Sequence record: NC_048196.1
From: Escherichia phage vB_EcoM_Schickermooser
Strand: one strand, 5' to 3'
Length of the DNA stretch: 64,000 bases
In this document: piece after piece, positions 63,491-64,000 of the stretch
Numbering within the stretch: the first letter of the stretch is position 1
Layout of the letters: each line of letters begins with the position of its first letter
Position numbers and translations under genes: made by a program
The notes under the pieces: model-generated
Databases searched by the model: none
What the model was told of the DNA's origin: nothing
What the model saw: the letters and a program-made list of their open reading frames with translations, nothing else

Positions 63491-63970
63491 ATGGAACTCA
63501 ATAAAGATACACTGTGGGAACTCTTCAAAACCTTCGCTGGTTTTAAAGAGAATTCTGAATCCCAACAAGATTCTATACCATCTCAAAAACCTGAAACTCT
63601 AGTCAAACAAAATAAATTTGATGAAGAAAAGATGCAGGTTATTGAGGTCTTGTATTGTCCACCTGAAGAAGACGATCTCCACGGAGAGCGCATGTCTGAT
63701 TTGGAAATCAGGAAGATGGTTGACAACTTCAATGAGAATATTACCAACATTAGTGGTAATCTTGGTCACATGAAGAACACCGATAAGTTTTCTCCAATTA
63801 AAGCTTGGGTAAATGAAGTCGATTGTTACATTGGTGACGAACTCGTTGTGGAAGGAACTCCCCTCGTTAAAATCCAATTCAACGACCCTGAATTATATCA
63901 AGCTCGTAAAGACGGCGTTCTTAAAGGTTTGAGTATAGGCGCAATGGGCGTTAAAGTCAAGAAGGACTAA
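63491..63970 (+). CDS. hypothetical head-morphogenesis-region protein
   Basis: 159-aa ORF following the putative portal. Confidence 0.45.
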   Translation: MELNKDTLWELFKTFAGFKENSESQQDSIPSQKPETLVKQNKFDEEKMQVIEVLYCPPEEDDLHGERMSDLEIRKMVDNFNENITNISGNLGHMKNTDKFSPIKAWVNEVDCYIGDELVVEGTPLVKIQFNDPELYQARKDGVLKGLSIGAMGVKVKKD

Positions 63971-64000
63971 TCGTGGCAAATACATATTTAACTAACGTAG

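Noticed and set aside
1-64000. CRISPR arrays, rRNA genes, insertion sequences, integrase/attachment sites
   Set aside because: No regularly spaced direct repeats with unique spacers, no rRNA-like conserved stretches, no transposase-like ORFs or terminal inverted repeats bracketing a gene. The only recombinase-like sequence is the decayed resolvase at 11303.

Overview
This window looks like a segment of a large virulent tailed-phage genome (about 38-40% GC, tightly packed genes with many ATGA/TAATG start-stop overlaps). It has three blocks. (1) Positions 1-18400, plus strand: about 50 small early-type ORFs, including a six-copy paralogous family, a three-copy 'MFK' family, a decayed serine recombinase and a perfect 2x118-bp tandem duplication. 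(2) Positions 18450-54490, minus strand: a nucleotide-metabolism and replication module (Sir2, protein phosphatase, methyltransferase-like proteins, HslV-like peptidase, PhoH, T4-type lysozyme, glutaredoxin, a complete rmlBACD dTDP-L-rhamnose operon, NrdAB, ThyX-like, HAD nucleotidase, HNH, DEDD exonuclease, FEN-like nuclease, two ligases, a kinase and a phosphoesterase). (3) Positions 54490-64000, plus strand: a GTAC-repeat divergent control region, a cluster of about 12-14 tRNAs interspersed with inverted-repeat-flanked structured elements, then the large terminase (interrupted by a mini-intein in the Walker A motif) and a putative portal. The best candidates for an undescribed system are the phage-borne rml operon embedded in the nucleotide-metabolism module and the six-copy early paralog family. 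All calls rest on reading motifs in the supplied translations and sequence by eye; no database search or folding program was run.
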